Assembly (NCBI GenBank): GCA_964632605.1
Contig: CAZWBZ010000001.1
Coordinates: 7,497 to 66,931, forward strand
Length of the DNA: 59,435 nucleotides
Direction: 5' to 3'
Source: an uncultured Candidatus Saccharibacteria bacterium
Lineage (GTDB): Bacteria > Patescibacteriota > Minisyncoccia > Phycocordibacterales > UBA9973
Made by a program: the position numbers and the translations under genes. The notes below the pieces were generated by a model. The model did not search any database. It saw only the letters and a list, made by a program, of their open reading frames with translations, and was not told where the DNA came from. Position 1 is the stretch's first letter. Each line of letters begins with the position of its first letter. Positions 18,441 to 25,850 of the stretch are shown in pieces.

Positions 18441-18982
18441 ATCTTTTTATGGTCAAATATTTTTATAATATTATTCAATTCTAATTTTTTGTTTTCTACA
18501 ACAAATCCATAAATCAAAGGTGATGCAATAGCAGCAAACCCAATATTCCCCACAAGATGCATCATGGTAAAAGGTATTTGCCCAATAAGAGCTTGCATAA
18601 AAGGTTGTTGGAAAAATATTGGCCCAATAGAAAGACCAGTCACAATGTCATAAGCCAAAGTACCCATTATGGAAAACTTTACATAATTTATGGATGTACT
18701 TTCTTTATTTTTAAAATAATAAGCTGCCCAAAGAGCAAGAAAACCATAAGCAAAAGCAGTCACTAAAGTCCAAGAGCCCAATTTACCAGTTAGAACATCA
18801 AACAAGAATATACTTAAAAAAGCAAACAAAAAACCATAAATTTTGCCATAAGCTTTTGAGAATGGCATTTGTGTGGCCATTATTGGTTCTACATTAGGAG
18901 GGCGAAACGGTATTAACCGCAAGATAAGACAAATAGAGAAACCTAATAAAAATTTGAGCCAATTTTTTGTATATATCACCAT
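18437..18982 (-). CDS. small 5-6 TM membrane protein, solitary ECF S-component-like (putative vitamin/cobalamin uptake)
   Basis: 181 aa and highly hydrophobic, with a size and topology like ECF S components. It is translationally coupled to nrdJ. The function is inferred from context only. Confidence 0.4.
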   Translation of the reverse strand: MVIYTKNWLKFLLGFSICLILRLIPFRPPNVEPIMATQMPFSKAYGKIYGFLFAFLSIFLFDVLTGKLGSWTLVTAFAYGFLALWAAYYFKNKESTSINYVKFSIMGTLAYDIVTGLSIGPIFFQQPFMQALIGQIPFTMMHLVGNIGFAAIASPLIYGFVVENKKLELNNIIKIFDHKKI

Positions 18983-19059
18983 ATACGTTATTGTTGCTTA
19001 CTGGGAATATTCGGCTAAATAAACCCTTAATAGTTGCAGAGTTTCGAAACTGCTAAATT

Positions 19060-19088
19060 ATTATATTCCTCTTTTTTGCTAATGTAAA
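19060..19088 (-). promoter_or_regulatory. sigma70-type promoter TTTACA-N17-TATAAT for the membrane protein/nrdJ operon
   Basis: The minus-sense sequence reads tTTTACAttagcaaaaaagaggaaTATAATaat. The -35 is the complement of 19083-19088 and the -10 is the complement of 19060-19065. This leaves a ~75 nt leader containing a GCAG.TTTCGAAA.CTGC hairpin. Confidence 0.55.
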
Positions 19089-19124
19089 ACAGTGGATAAC
19101 TTTTCCAAAATACCCTTATTCCAT

Positions 19125-19158
19125 TCAAAAAATACCAGGGTCAACCCTGGTATTTTAA
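19125..19158 (-). terminator. intrinsic terminator after the orphan response regulator
   Basis: Stem AATACCAGGG-tcaa-CCCTGGTATT followed by TTTTTT on the minus sense. Confidence 0.75.
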
Positions 19159-19168
19159 AACATCTCTT

Positions 19169-19543
19169 TTATTCACCGATTACAGATTTAATTTTGTGAG
19201 CCAGGTCATTCAAACTAAAGTTTGATTTTAGAAGGAATTCACTAATACCTAAATCTTCTGCTCTTTGGATATCTCCGTCTTCTGAAAGATTAGAAAAGAT
19301 AATAGTTGGAATATGTTTTGTAGATTCGTCATCGCGAACTTTCTTTAGGATAGCAAAACCATCGAGCCCTGGTAGCATTAGATCCAGCAAAATCAAATCT
19401 ATTTGAACGCCAGATTTAAAAATCTCATCTGCTTCAATAGAATCTTTAGCTTGTTTTACTTCGTAGCCAGCTTTCTTTAATTTTGATGCTTCTAATTCTT
19501 GTAAGAATAGGTCATCTTCGATAATAAGTATTGTCTTTGACAT
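19169..19543 (-). CDS. receiver-only (CheY-like) response regulator
   Basis: 124 aa with MSKTILIIEDD...ILLDLMLPGLDG...K. There is no output domain. It is a paralog of the 27984-28358 gene. Confidence 0.9.
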   Translation of the reverse strand: MSKTILIIEDDLFLQELEASKLKKAGYEVKQAKDSIEADEIFKSGVQIDLILLDLMLPGLDGFAILKKVRDDESTKHIPTIIFSNLSEDGDIQRAEDLGISEFLLKSNFSLNDLAHKIKSVIGE

Positions 19544-19590
19544 AAGCCAATAATACTATATTAAGGGAAATAAGAGCAAGCTCTAAACAC

Positions 19591-19680
19591 TGGCGGAACC
19601 GGCGAGATTCGAACTCGCGAGGGTTTTTACACCCTGCCTCTTTAGCAAAGAGGTACGTTAGACCACTCTGACACGGTTCC
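19591..19680 (-). tRNA. tRNA-Ser (anticodon GCU), CCA encoded
   Basis: The reverse complement reads GGAACCG..CCTCT-TTGCTAA-AGAGG..long variable arm CAGGGTGTAAAAACCCT..GCGAG-TTCGAAT-CTCGC-CGGTTCC-G-CCA. The D-stem is weak (TCA/CGT by homology with the neighbouring tRNA). Confidence 0.85.
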
Positions 19681-19768
19681 GTAAGCCCATTTATAGCATA
19701 AATAAGCTATCGATAAAAGGCTCAAAATAGATTTTATTTAATAAATAAATGTGCTATATTAATCACGC

Positions 19769-19853
19769 GGAGGCGTGGGTGAGTGGTTTAAACCAGCGGT
19801 TTACTAAACCGCCGACTGTTAAAGGTCCGGAAGTTCGAATCTTCTCGCCTCCT
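19769..19853 (+). tRNA. type II (long variable arm, Ser-like scaffold) tRNA with anticodon loop UUACUAA (canonical register ACU), discriminator U, no encoded CCA
   Basis: Fold: GGAGGCG-TG-GGT-GAGTGGTTTAA-ACC-A-GCGGT-TTACTAA-ACCGC-CGACTGTTAAAGGTCC-GGAAG-TTCGAAT-CTTCT-CGCCTCC-T. It has its own extended -10 element (TGcTATATT, 19751-19760) and its own terminator. Confidence 0.7.
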
Positions 19854-19858
19854 CATAT

Positions 19859-19886
19859 AATCCCCTAATTAAGGGGATTTTGTTTT
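19859..19886 (+). terminator. intrinsic terminator after the unusual tRNA
   Basis: Stem AATCCCCT-aatta-AGGGGATT followed by TTGTTTT. Confidence 0.7.
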
Positions 19887-19924
19887 GTGCTATACTGGCC
19901 ACATTAATAAATAATAAATTTAAT

Positions 19925-20413
19925 ATGATCACTAAACAAGAATACATGGGGTCTTTGGATAAAGAATTCCAAATCATCCGCCACCTTGCTACAAAACTAA
20001 CAGACAGTGATATGTCTTACAAACCAACTGACGGCCAACGCAGTGTACAAGAATTACTGGAATATCTTAGTTACATGTTCATCGCAACCGCTACAGCACT
20101 AAGAGATGGCGACATGGGTATATACAAAACAATGTCCGAAGCAGCAGCTGGTCTTCCCCTTTCAAGCTTTGACGCCGCAATGGAAAAGCAAGCAAAAGAT
20201 GTTAGCGCTATAATAGAAAACTTTACAGAAGAACAGCTAAATGAAGAAGTAAATCTATGGAGTATGCAAACACGTGCTATGCATCTACTAAACGGTCCAC
20301 TAAAATTTGCTACAGCTTACAAGATCCAACTATTCTTATACATGAAAGCAAACGGTCACACAGAACTAAACACAATGAATTTGTGGGCAGGAGTAGACCC
20401 AGTAACTAACTAA
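19925..20413 (+). CDS. hypothetical protein, possibly DinB/YfiT-like helical bundle
   Basis: Starts MITKQEYMGSLDKEFQIIRHLATKL... The ATG at 19925 is preferred because the TTG at 19880 lies inside the tRNA terminator and upstream of a TGTGCTATACT extended -10. The family call is weak. Confidence 0.4.
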   Translation: MITKQEYMGSLDKEFQIIRHLATKLTDSDMSYKPTDGQRSVQELLEYLSYMFIATATALRDGDMGIYKTMSEAAAGLPLSSFDAAMEKQAKDVSAIIENFTEEQLNEEVNLWSMQTRAMHLLNGPLKFATAYKIQLFLYMKANGHTELNTMNLWAGVDPVTN

Positions 20414-20425
20414 ATTAAATAATAT

Positions 20426-20453
20426 AAAAACCGTAGAGAAATCTACGGTTTTT
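20426..20453. terminator. bidirectional terminator between convergent genes
   Basis: AAAAACCGTAG-agaaat-CTACGGTTTTT. Confidence 0.7.
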
Positions 20454-20456
20454 ATA

Positions 20457-21482
20457 TTAGTGATTATGACTATGAGAATTATTAAGATTATCCAAATTTT
20501 TCCCGTGTAGAATTTTTACTGCTATCCAAGTAGTTATTGGGACTGCCATTATTACACCAATACTACCCACAAGAATTTGCAGTATATGACTAGCTACTGA
20601 TTCGTTAGAAAGTATCATACCTATTGGACCACTGGCATGTTTTACAATAAGTAGTGTATCTACTAATGCCGCCCCAATAGAAACTATAGCCAGCGTGTCC
20701 ACCAATGCCCCAATATGCTCGCGCCCAAAACGCATGGCACTACTTAATAATTCTTTTTTGCTAAGTAGCGGAGAATTTTTTATTGTTTCGGCAACATATA
20801 CAGCTTGAGAAATTGCTGCATCATACAAAACCCCGAGTAGTCCAATTAACACAGCGCCTAAAAATAGCGCTTGCATATTAACACTGCCATTTTGAGAAAC
20901 CATAAAATAAACAGAAGATTCGTCAGTAAGACCGGTTAACCCTGCAGATACGGATGCCAAAATTCCAATGAGTGAAGAAACAACCAATGTAATCATCATC
21001 CCAGAAATAGCAGCATAAGTAACACGGTTTCTGCCGTGTGTAACCAATGCCGACAATGCTGTTAAAAACAAAGTAGTACCCAAAATTAAAATAAATGGAC
21101 TACTAGATACAAGCAATTTAGGAATCAAAAAACCAAAAATAACAAATACAGTAATAAGAAGACTAACTAATCCTCTAACACCCTGCTTCTTGCCAACAAG
21201 AATAGTAATAAGAATAAACAAAGCCAACAAAACACCCAAAGTTGGGATCTTTGAAACAGCAGCTACGTTGTAGTCATAAATAGCACCCCGACCTGTTTTC
21301 TCTAGATAAACTTTTTTACCCAAAGAAACCTCGGCTCGACTATTATTTACTGTAATAATTCCGCCATCTTTTAATTTAACTTTTAAAACCTGAGTTCTTT
21401 CTACAATATCTGTCCCTGGTAAGATAGCAGAATTTTCACTAACGATATCAACAACAGTAGCCTTTAAAATTTCTGTATCCAT
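20457..21482 (-). CDS. YibE/F-family polytopic membrane protein with His-rich C-terminal tail
   Basis: Has a soluble N-terminal beta domain followed by ~7 TM segments, an organisation like YibE/F. The tail is NNSHSHNH. It lies downstream of the Fur-family regulator. Confidence 0.6.
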   Translation of the reverse strand: MDTEILKATVVDIVSENSAILPGTDIVERTQVLKVKLKDGGIITVNNSRAEVSLGKKVYLEKTGRGAIYDYNVAAVSKIPTLGVLLALFILITILVGKKQGVRGLVSLLITVFVIFGFLIPKLLVSSSPFILILGTTLFLTALSALVTHGRNRVTYAAISGMMITLVVSSLIGILASVSAGLTGLTDESSVYFMVSQNGSVNMQALFLGAVLIGLLGVLYDAAISQAVYVAETIKNSPLLSKKELLSSAMRFGREHIGALVDTLAIVSIGAALVDTLLIVKHASGPIGMILSNESVASHILQILVGSIGVIMAVPITTWIAVKILHGKNLDNLNNSHSHNH

Positions 21483-21485
21483 AAA

Positions 21486-21890
21486 TTAAGCGCAAGTTCG
21501 GCAAAGACCAAAAAGTTCAAGAGAATGAGAATTTACAATCTTAAATTCTGGGTTTTGTTTTAATGCATTTTTTACAAGACTGTCCACCCCGCAACCATGA
21601 AAGTCTGTAATCTTCTTACAGTTAGTACAGACCAAATGATGATGATCTTCTCTATTTGCTAATTCATAAAAAGTAGCATCCTTTTGTATAAAAACTTGTT
21701 TTAGTAAACCTTGTTCAACAAAAAAATTAACAACACGATAAACGGTTGATTCATCTGCTGGGATTTTTATTAAAGAAACGACTTCTTTAATAGACAATGG
21801 TTTGTGCTTGTCTTCGAAGATTTTAAGCACAGCAGCACGAACAGGAGTATTTCTTGAAACAGTAGGTTTAAGATCTTTCTTATTTAACAT
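21486..21890 (-). CDS. Fur-family metalloregulator (Zur-like by context)
   Basis: Contains a winged helix and then HHHLVCTNCKKITDF...CRTCA (structural Zn CxxC pairs). The ATG at 21890 (MLNKKDLKP) is preferred. The longer ORF would overlap the ZIP gene. Confidence 0.85.
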   Translation of the reverse strand: MLNKKDLKPTVSRNTPVRAAVLKIFEDKHKPLSIKEVVSLIKIPADESTVYRVVNFFVEQGLLKQVFIQKDATFYELANREDHHHLVCTNCKKITDFHGCGVDSLVKNALKQNPEFKIVNSHSLELFGLCRTCA

Positions 21891-21904
21891 AAAAATAAAA
21901 ATTC

Positions 21905-22609
21905 TTAGTGCGTATGAGGCACTAAGAATAATGAAAATAATAATACGGCTAAACCAAGAACAAAACCTAAAACAGAAGAAGTCTTCCATTTGGTTTCTTT
22001 TATGTCTGTAATTATCTTAAACAGTATAATTCCAGAAGATAGAGACATTAAAACGCTTTCAATAACTATGCCTTCTGACAGAAACATTCCGCAAAATACA
22101 GACAAAGAAATTAAAAAAGAAATAAAAATAGCCTTTACCGGTTTTACACCTTCTGAAGCCAAAAGCATTTGTTGTCCTGACTGCTGTATAATTTGATGAC
22201 CCAATACCCCAACAAGAGATGTTAGCCCAATAGTGTTACTGATAGAAAACCCGGAAACTATAGCTATACCGTCTACAATGTTATGAAAGAAATCAGAAAC
22301 AAGAATCTTTACAGCAGATATTTTTGTATGAATATGCATACCGCCATCTTCGTGGTGGTGATGGAATTCCTCAAAATAGTAGCCTATCAAAAAACTAACA
22401 AGTAGCCCCAGCACAAGACCGCCTACTGTTAAAGAACCTCCTCCGTGTTCCAGGGATTCTTTAATTAATACAAAGATCAATGCAGCATAAACACCCAGCC
22501 CGAAACCTTTGACAATAGGTTTACTGAAAAAGTTCTTGTTCTTAGGCAACAAAAACATAAATAAAACTGGCACAATAGCCACAGCAATAAGCGCTAAATA
22601 CATGTTCAT
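21905..22609 (-). CDS. ZIP-family divalent metal (zinc) transporter
   Basis: Has 8 TM segments and a central His-rich loop EEFHHHHEDGGMHIH. The motif HNIVDGIAI is typical of ZupT/ZIP proteins. Confidence 0.85.
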   Translation of the reverse strand: MNMYLALIAVAIVPVLFMFLLPKNKNFFSKPIVKGFGLGVYAALIFVLIKESLEHGGGSLTVGGLVLGLLVSFLIGYYFEEFHHHHEDGGMHIHTKISAVKILVSDFFHNIVDGIAIVSGFSISNTIGLTSLVGVLGHQIIQQSGQQMLLASEGVKPVKAIFISFLISLSVFCGMFLSEGIVIESVLMSLSSGIILFKIITDIKETKWKTSSVLGFVLGLAVLLFSLFLVPHTH

Positions 22610-22652
22610 AATTAATATAATAAGACTTCTTAGTCACAATAGCAAGAATTCT

Positions 22653-22682
22653 TTGCATTTGCAAATAACTTGCATTTGCAAA
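22653..22682. promoter_or_regulatory. two direct copies of TTGCATTTGCAAA (palindromic core ATTTGCAAAT) in the divergent ZIP / unknown-operon intergenic region; candidate operator
   Basis: The copies are at 22653-22665 and 22670-22682, spaced 17 bp apart. The second copy supplies a TTGCAA hexamer. Confidence 0.4.
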
Positions 22683-22725
22683 AGATTTGCGCTAAGATAA
22701 AAAAGAACCAATAAAAATATTTATT

Positions 22726-23493
22726 ATGTGCAAAAAATGCGAACTTTCAGGGATTGTAATGGAATTACAGGCACTGAACATTGAAGAAGTTAAGAAAACC
22801 ATCACACTCCCCGATTCCTGGGTAGAGTTAATTAAAAATGGATTTCATGAAGATCTGGTAGATAGAGCTTACGCTTATATGGGCTGGATCAGTAAACGAA
22901 ATGTCCCTAGGGAAATCAAGAACGCAAGAGCCGTGCTTTCCAGTCTTGGTAAAGGTTTTCTTTCTTTGTTTAAAAAAGAGACCTTTCCTCTTAAAAAAGA
23001 TGATCCGTACTACGAGCTTAAAGTTAATGCTTTAAATTCTATAGAAGAACTTTCTATTTTATTTGGGAATAGAGTTAGTAGTACGGTCTGGAATAGTTTT
23101 GCTCATTTAGCAGTAAGAGAAGACCCTGAAAAAAAGAAAAGTATTCTTAGTGAACAAGACATGCTCCCTCACCATTACGGCATAGTAGATACAAATTTGC
23201 ATGCCGCAGGAAAAGTATATACTTTTATGCTTCAAGTGCAGTCTACTTTTTTTAAACACACAGGTTGTATCTTGGTGCACAACTGCGACTGCAGCTGTTC
23301 TTTAATTAACCTGAAAAAGATAGATGGCACGGTCATCTTTAATCTTCAGGAAAAAAATGATTTTTACGAATGCACCCAAAGTCTTTTTACTCATCAGTTG
23401 GCGGAATCTCATCTTTTAATTAATGAAAAGTTACCTTTTGAATTTTCAATTACAAAGGAAGCTCAGGAACTTTTTGGGTTAAGCCAAAACTAA
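22726..23493 (+). CDS. hypothetical cytoplasmic protein (Cys/His-containing), no family recognised
   Basis: A 255 aa ORF with an N-terminal CKKC and an internal HNCDCSC. It is the first gene of a four-gene same-strand cluster. Confidence 0.5.
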   Translation: MCKKCELSGIVMELQALNIEEVKKTITLPDSWVELIKNGFHEDLVDRAYAYMGWISKRNVPREIKNARAVLSSLGKGFLSLFKKETFPLKKDDPYYELKVNALNSIEELSILFGNRVSSTVWNSFAHLAVREDPEKKKSILSEQDMLPHHYGIVDTNLHAAGKVYTFMLQVQSTFFKHTGCILVHNCDCSCSLINLKKIDGTVIFNLQEKNDFYECTQSLFTHQLAESHLLINEKLPFEFSITKEAQELFGLSQN

Positions 23494-23541
23494 ATTATTA
23501 TCAAATTATTTTAGGGTACTTATGTACCCTATTTTTTTATT

Positions 23542-23886
23542 ATGAATGAATTTATATTTTCAACTTTTAGTATTGCCGGTTTCGCTGTAATTTGGAGAAA
23601 TTGGATAAATGACCACCCTAGATACAAAAATAGAATAGAAAAAATATTAGGGTCTTATAAAAAGATATTACTTTGTGGTAGCTGTTTTACGTATTGGGTA
23701 TCTTTATTTTTTACTATTATAGACAACCCTATGAAAGATTTATGGGGCAGTCCGAATAAAAGCATCTTTTATTTTGTAGCTTCTTGGATGGCAGTTGCTT
23801 ATGTATCAGTATTTCTAAGGTTTTTATACGTCCTAATCCAGGAAAATGTCCATAATTTGATGCATGAGCATAACCACCACAAATAG
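23542..23886 (+). CDS. small 3-TM membrane protein, DUF1360-like, His-rich tail
   Basis: The stretch LLCGSCFTYWVSLFF resembles the DUF1360 CxxC..W motif. The C-terminal tail is HNLMHEHNHHK. Confidence 0.45.
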   Translation: MNEFIFSTFSIAGFAVIWRNWINDHPRYKNRIEKILGSYKKILLCGSCFTYWVSLFFTIIDNPMKDLWGSPNKSIFYFVASWMAVAYVSVFLRFLYVLIQENVHNLMHEHNHHK

Positions 23887-23947
23887 TCTTCCCCTATTCT
23901 ATATATAAATAGTATAATAGATGCAGTATTAATTAGTAATTATAGAT

Positions 23948-24733
23948 ATGAATAAGAAACATTTATTAACAGCTTTTGCTGCAGCAGGAATGCTACTAGC
24001 AGGAAGCGTATCTGCAGAAGAAGTAACTACTGCAACAGGGGCTACTGCTCCAGACACAACAGTAACAGTAGTACCAGTAACAGGTGTTCCAGCACCAGTA
24101 CCAACACTATATCGTGATGGTAAAACACCACAAGCTCCAAATGGTATTCGCAAGGAAATCAGAGAAGACCGTATGGAAAACCGCGACGAAATGAAAGACC
24201 TACGCCAAACAAAAATTGGTGAAGTAAAAAATTTGCGCCAAGAAAACAAAACTGAAATTGAAAAAATGCGTGAAGATAAAAAAGAAATGACAAAAGAAGA
24301 ACGTGAAGAATCACGCGGTGAAATAAAAGACAAAATGAAAGAAAACCGCGACGAAATGAAAACAAAGAAAGAAGAAATCAAAAAAGATCTTAAAGAAAAA
24401 AGAGAAGAACTAAAAAACGAATTACACCAAAAGATGCAGGTTCGTCTTGGGGCAATGGTAGAAAGACTAACAAAGCTAACAGACCGTATTCAATCAAGAG
24501 TAGACAAAATAAAAGCAGACGGTAAAGATACTACTGCTGTCCAGGCATCACTAGATTCTGTAAAAACATTAGTTGCAGCGCTAGATACAAAAGTAAAGAC
24601 TACTGTTATAGCATCAGGAATTGATGATGCAACAAAAGCAGCAAACAAAGCATTATTAGATGGCATAAAAGCAGATGCAAAAACCATCCAAGAAAAGCTG
24701 CAAGAAGTAGTTACAGCACTAAAAGCACTTTAA
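23948..24733 (+). CDS. secreted, highly charged (Lys/Glu-rich) coiled-coil protein
   Basis: Signal peptide MNKKHLLTAFAAAGMLLAGSVSA/EE, followed by a Thr/Val/Pro linker and then KE-rich helices. The sequence ENRDEMK occurs twice. Confidence 0.7.
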   Translation: MNKKHLLTAFAAAGMLLAGSVSAEEVTTATGATAPDTTVTVVPVTGVPAPVPTLYRDGKTPQAPNGIRKEIREDRMENRDEMKDLRQTKIGEVKNLRQENKTEIEKMREDKKEMTKEEREESRGEIKDKMKENRDEMKTKKEEIKKDLKEKREELKNELHQKMQVRLGAMVERLTKLTDRIQSRVDKIKADGKDTTAVQASLDSVKTLVAALDTKVKTTVIASGIDDATKAANKALLDGIKADAKTIQEKLQEVVTALKAL

Positions 24734-24754
24734 TAATTTAATCTTATCGAATAT

Positions 24755-25048
24755 ATGGACCAAACAACAATGAGTGGTATGCCAAATTTGTCCCCTGCTC
24801 CAAAGAAGAGCCATTTGGGTACTATTGTTATAATAATAGTTTTAATTCTTGCAGCTGTTTTAACAATGAATATGATGCAAAACAAAAAATCTCAAGAGAT
24901 TGATGCAGAAATAATGCAAAAGCAAGCTGAGATAAAAGCTACTGACACTCAGGCACAAGCATTAAGCAGCCAAAGTGAATCCGATGCAACTATAGATATA
25001 GAAAAAGATTTAAAAGCTACAAACGTAGACAGTATTACACTGGAATAA
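24755..25048 (+). CDS. small single-pass membrane protein
   Basis: 97 aa with one TM segment (LGTIVIIIVLILAAVLTM) and an acidic C-terminus. Confidence 0.5.
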   Translation: MDQTTMSGMPNLSPAPKKSHLGTIVIIIVLILAAVLTMNMMQNKKSQEIDAEIMQKQAEIKATDTQAQALSSQSESDATIDIEKDLKATNVDSITLE

Positions 25049-25061
25049 TCTAGCTTAATAT

Positions 25062-25093
25062 AAAAACCCTGATTTATTAAAATCAGGGTTTTT
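25062..25093. terminator. bidirectional terminator
   Basis: AAAAACCCTGATTT-attaa-AAATCAGGGTTTTT. Confidence 0.75.
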
Positions 25094-25102
25094 ATATTTT
25101 AT

Positions 25103-25795
25103 TTACTTAGCTACAAAATAAATATTTATTTTGGAATCATCATCAACATTAGCCAAAAAAGGTAGATTTGGTATTTTAATACCAAAATCAGAATGAGTAA
25201 TAACAGTGCCTAGTTCACCCTTAAATTTATTATCTATACCCACAGTACCTGATCCAGAGAAAGCAGTTTTCTTAGTAATTCCATTTATTGTTAGGTCCCC
25301 TGTGACATTCATCGAAAATTTTGTATTTCTAGCTATTTCAGTAGGTAGACCTGCCACAACGATATTCTTTAGAGTAATGAATTCGTTCTCGGGTTTATCT
25401 GAATGCAGTATTAATCTAGATATTGCTCCGTCACGCTGAGTACTGTCTGTCTTCAAGGTGCGTGCGTTTATACTAACGTCACTAATCATAATATTTGCTG
25501 GAGCAAAAGTAACACCAACATCGCTAGATAAAATATTAGTAGTACCTACAACTAGTGTTGGCTTACCGCGCAAAACTTCACTTAGTTTAAATTCAGCTTT
25601 TGACTCATCGGAATTAATAGCCATAAAAATAGTTCGAACATTTACGTCTTCACTAATTTTGGATTTAATATTTTCTGTAGAATTATTTGCAGTATTACTA
25701 TTTTCAGAAGGATTGGTAACTGGTCTAGTAATATATGAATAAGTAACAAGCGCACCAAAAAGAACAATAACTATCGTAATAAAAAATGGTTTCAT
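25103..25795 (-). CDS. YceI-like domain protein, membrane-anchored/secreted
   Basis: The motifs INARTLKTDSTQRDGAI, VTGDLTINGITKKTAF and ITHSDFGI match the YceI lipid-binding barrel pattern. There is an N-terminal TM segment. Confidence 0.75.
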   Translation of the reverse strand: MKPFFITIVIVLFGALVTYSYITRPVTNPSENSNTANNSTENIKSKISEDVNVRTIFMAINSDESKAEFKLSEVLRGKPTLVVGTTNILSSDVGVTFAPANIMISDVSINARTLKTDSTQRDGAISRLILHSDKPENEFITLKNIVVAGLPTEIARNTKFSMNVTGDLTINGITKKTAFSGSGTVGIDNKFKGELGTVITHSDFGIKIPNLPFLANVDDDSKINIYFVAK

Positions 25796-25850
25796 AGGTT
25801 GCTATTATATACTATTTTTATTATTTTATTAAATTTATTAATAAGTTATT

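Noticed and set aside
18983-19125. Possible cobalamin riboswitch upstream of the membrane protein/nrdJ/pduO operon
   Set aside because: A near-consensus promoter at 19060-19088 leaves only a ~75 nt leader, which is too short for a B12 aptamer. No B12-box-like element is evident, and repressing a B12-dependent RNR with B12 would be counter-intuitive. Only a small palindromic hairpin (AGTTTCGAAACT) remains unexplained.
23929-24381. 150 aa minus-strand ORF (Ser/Phe/Ile-rich) and the 24159-24365 ORF
   Set aside because: They are antisense readings of the GAA/AAA-rich coiled-coil gene, and the plus-strand ORF has a bona fide signal peptide.
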